DNA of 64,000 nt from positions 117,924,001 to 117,988,000 of the forward strand of contig OZ024744.1 of NCBI GenBank assembly GCA_964016885.1, written 5' to 3'. The notes under the pieces are model-generated. The model worked only from the letters and a program-made list of their open reading frames with translations. It did no database searches and had not been told where the DNA came from. Shown in pieces: positions 63,201-64,000 of the stretch; position 1 is the first letter of the stretch, and each line of letters begins with the position of its first letter. The stretch is from Eledone cirrhosa (Eukaryota). Position numbers and translations under genes: made by a program.

Positions 63201-63420
63201 TTTCATTTAGCTCAGTAAGATCAGGTTCTAGTTCTTCTATGATTTCTTTTGTCACAGAATTACCAATCATTATTTGTTTTCTATTTTGGATTGTATTTGG
63301 GAGTTTTTGAAGTGGTTTTCTATCATTTATACTAGAATGTCTTACTACTGCAAGCTCATTCAGTATTTTTTGCTTTAATTCCCTCATAGTCTCCCTGTGT
63401 TCTTCAGCAGATGTTTGGTT
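60272..63420 (-). mobile_element. Decayed R4/Dong-like non-LTR retrotransposon (RT + CCHC + restriction-like endonuclease)
   Basis: NYRPITCL, EQKGC..GSYGCKDQL, WIDYKKAFDS, GIFQGDSLSPLLF, YKYLG, RLYLPR..GG.GL, CRFC...DHLVSGC, ILWDF..TDR.I.ANRPDI; many frameshifts; (TAA)n tail. Confidence 0.88.
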
Positions 63421-63435
63421 TTCAATTTGGAAATA

Positions 63436-64000
63436 GTTTCTGAAATGCTGAAAGCATCTGGAATGGTGGGACACACTATGGTCACCCGGATAGTAAACCA
63501 AGTCATACAGAATGGGGTCGTTCCGAAGGACTGGTGTAGCAGCATCATCATTAACTGCTACAAGGGTAAAGGAGATGCCCTAGATAGGGGTAACTATAGA
63601 GGCATTAAATTAATCGACCAGGTCATGAAGGTCACAGAAAAAGTAATAGCGCAACTAATCAGAGAGAGAATTGATCTAGATGAAATGCAGTTCAGGTTTG
63701 TGTCAGGTAAAAATACCACAGACGCTCTTTTCCTTGTACGACAACTACAGGAGAAGTACCTAGCTAAAAGTAAACCCCTATACTTAGCTTTTGTTGACTT
63801 GGAGAAAACCTTTGACAGAGTACCCCGCTCCATTATCTGGTGGGCTCTTAGAAAACTAGGTGTAGATGAATAGCTTGTGAGAGCTATACAAGCCATGTAT
63901 AAAGAAACAGTCAGCAAGGTTAGAATTAACAACGAATATAGTGAAGAGTTTAGCGTAAAAGTTGGTGTTCATCAGGGCCCCATTCTTAGCCCCTTACTAT
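63436..64000 (+). mobile_element. RTE LINE RT fragment, running off the window
   Basis: EMLKASG, NYRGIKL, AFVDLEKTFDRVP, VGVHQG..LSPLL; in-frame TAG at 63871. Confidence 0.9.

Overview
This is eukaryotic, AT-rich, repeat-dense animal DNA, most likely an octopus or other coleoid cephalopod; that assignment is inferred from the SINE/LINE repertoire and not verified. The window lies inside one large + strand gene. Eleven GT-AG exons (14927-60081) splice with consistent phases into about 1434 codons of a ZNF541/TRERF1-family protein: three N-terminal C2H2 fingers, long polyQ tracts, a fourth C2H2 finger, the YTPPPMLSP motif and an ELM2 domain. The first exon(s) and the SANT-encoding 3' end are not visible here. 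The introns hold a near full-length but mutated Tx1/L1-clade LINE inserted into a 72-bp satellite, a decayed R4/Dong-like LINE, many RTE fragments, a Penelope fragment, a Helitron remnant, two TTAA-flanked piggyBac-type MITE families and several tRNA-derived SINEs. About 25 kb (~40%) is tandem arrays with many different unit lengths. Three things stand out. (1) At least five arrays trace, within this window, to short pieces of dispersed transposons. (2) There are about six dispersed minimal hammerhead-ribozyme-like motifs. (3) Several inverted repeats could form intronic dsRNA next to exons. Most long ORFs in the supplied track are repeat artefacts. No CRISPR array, rRNA or prokaryotic system is supported.
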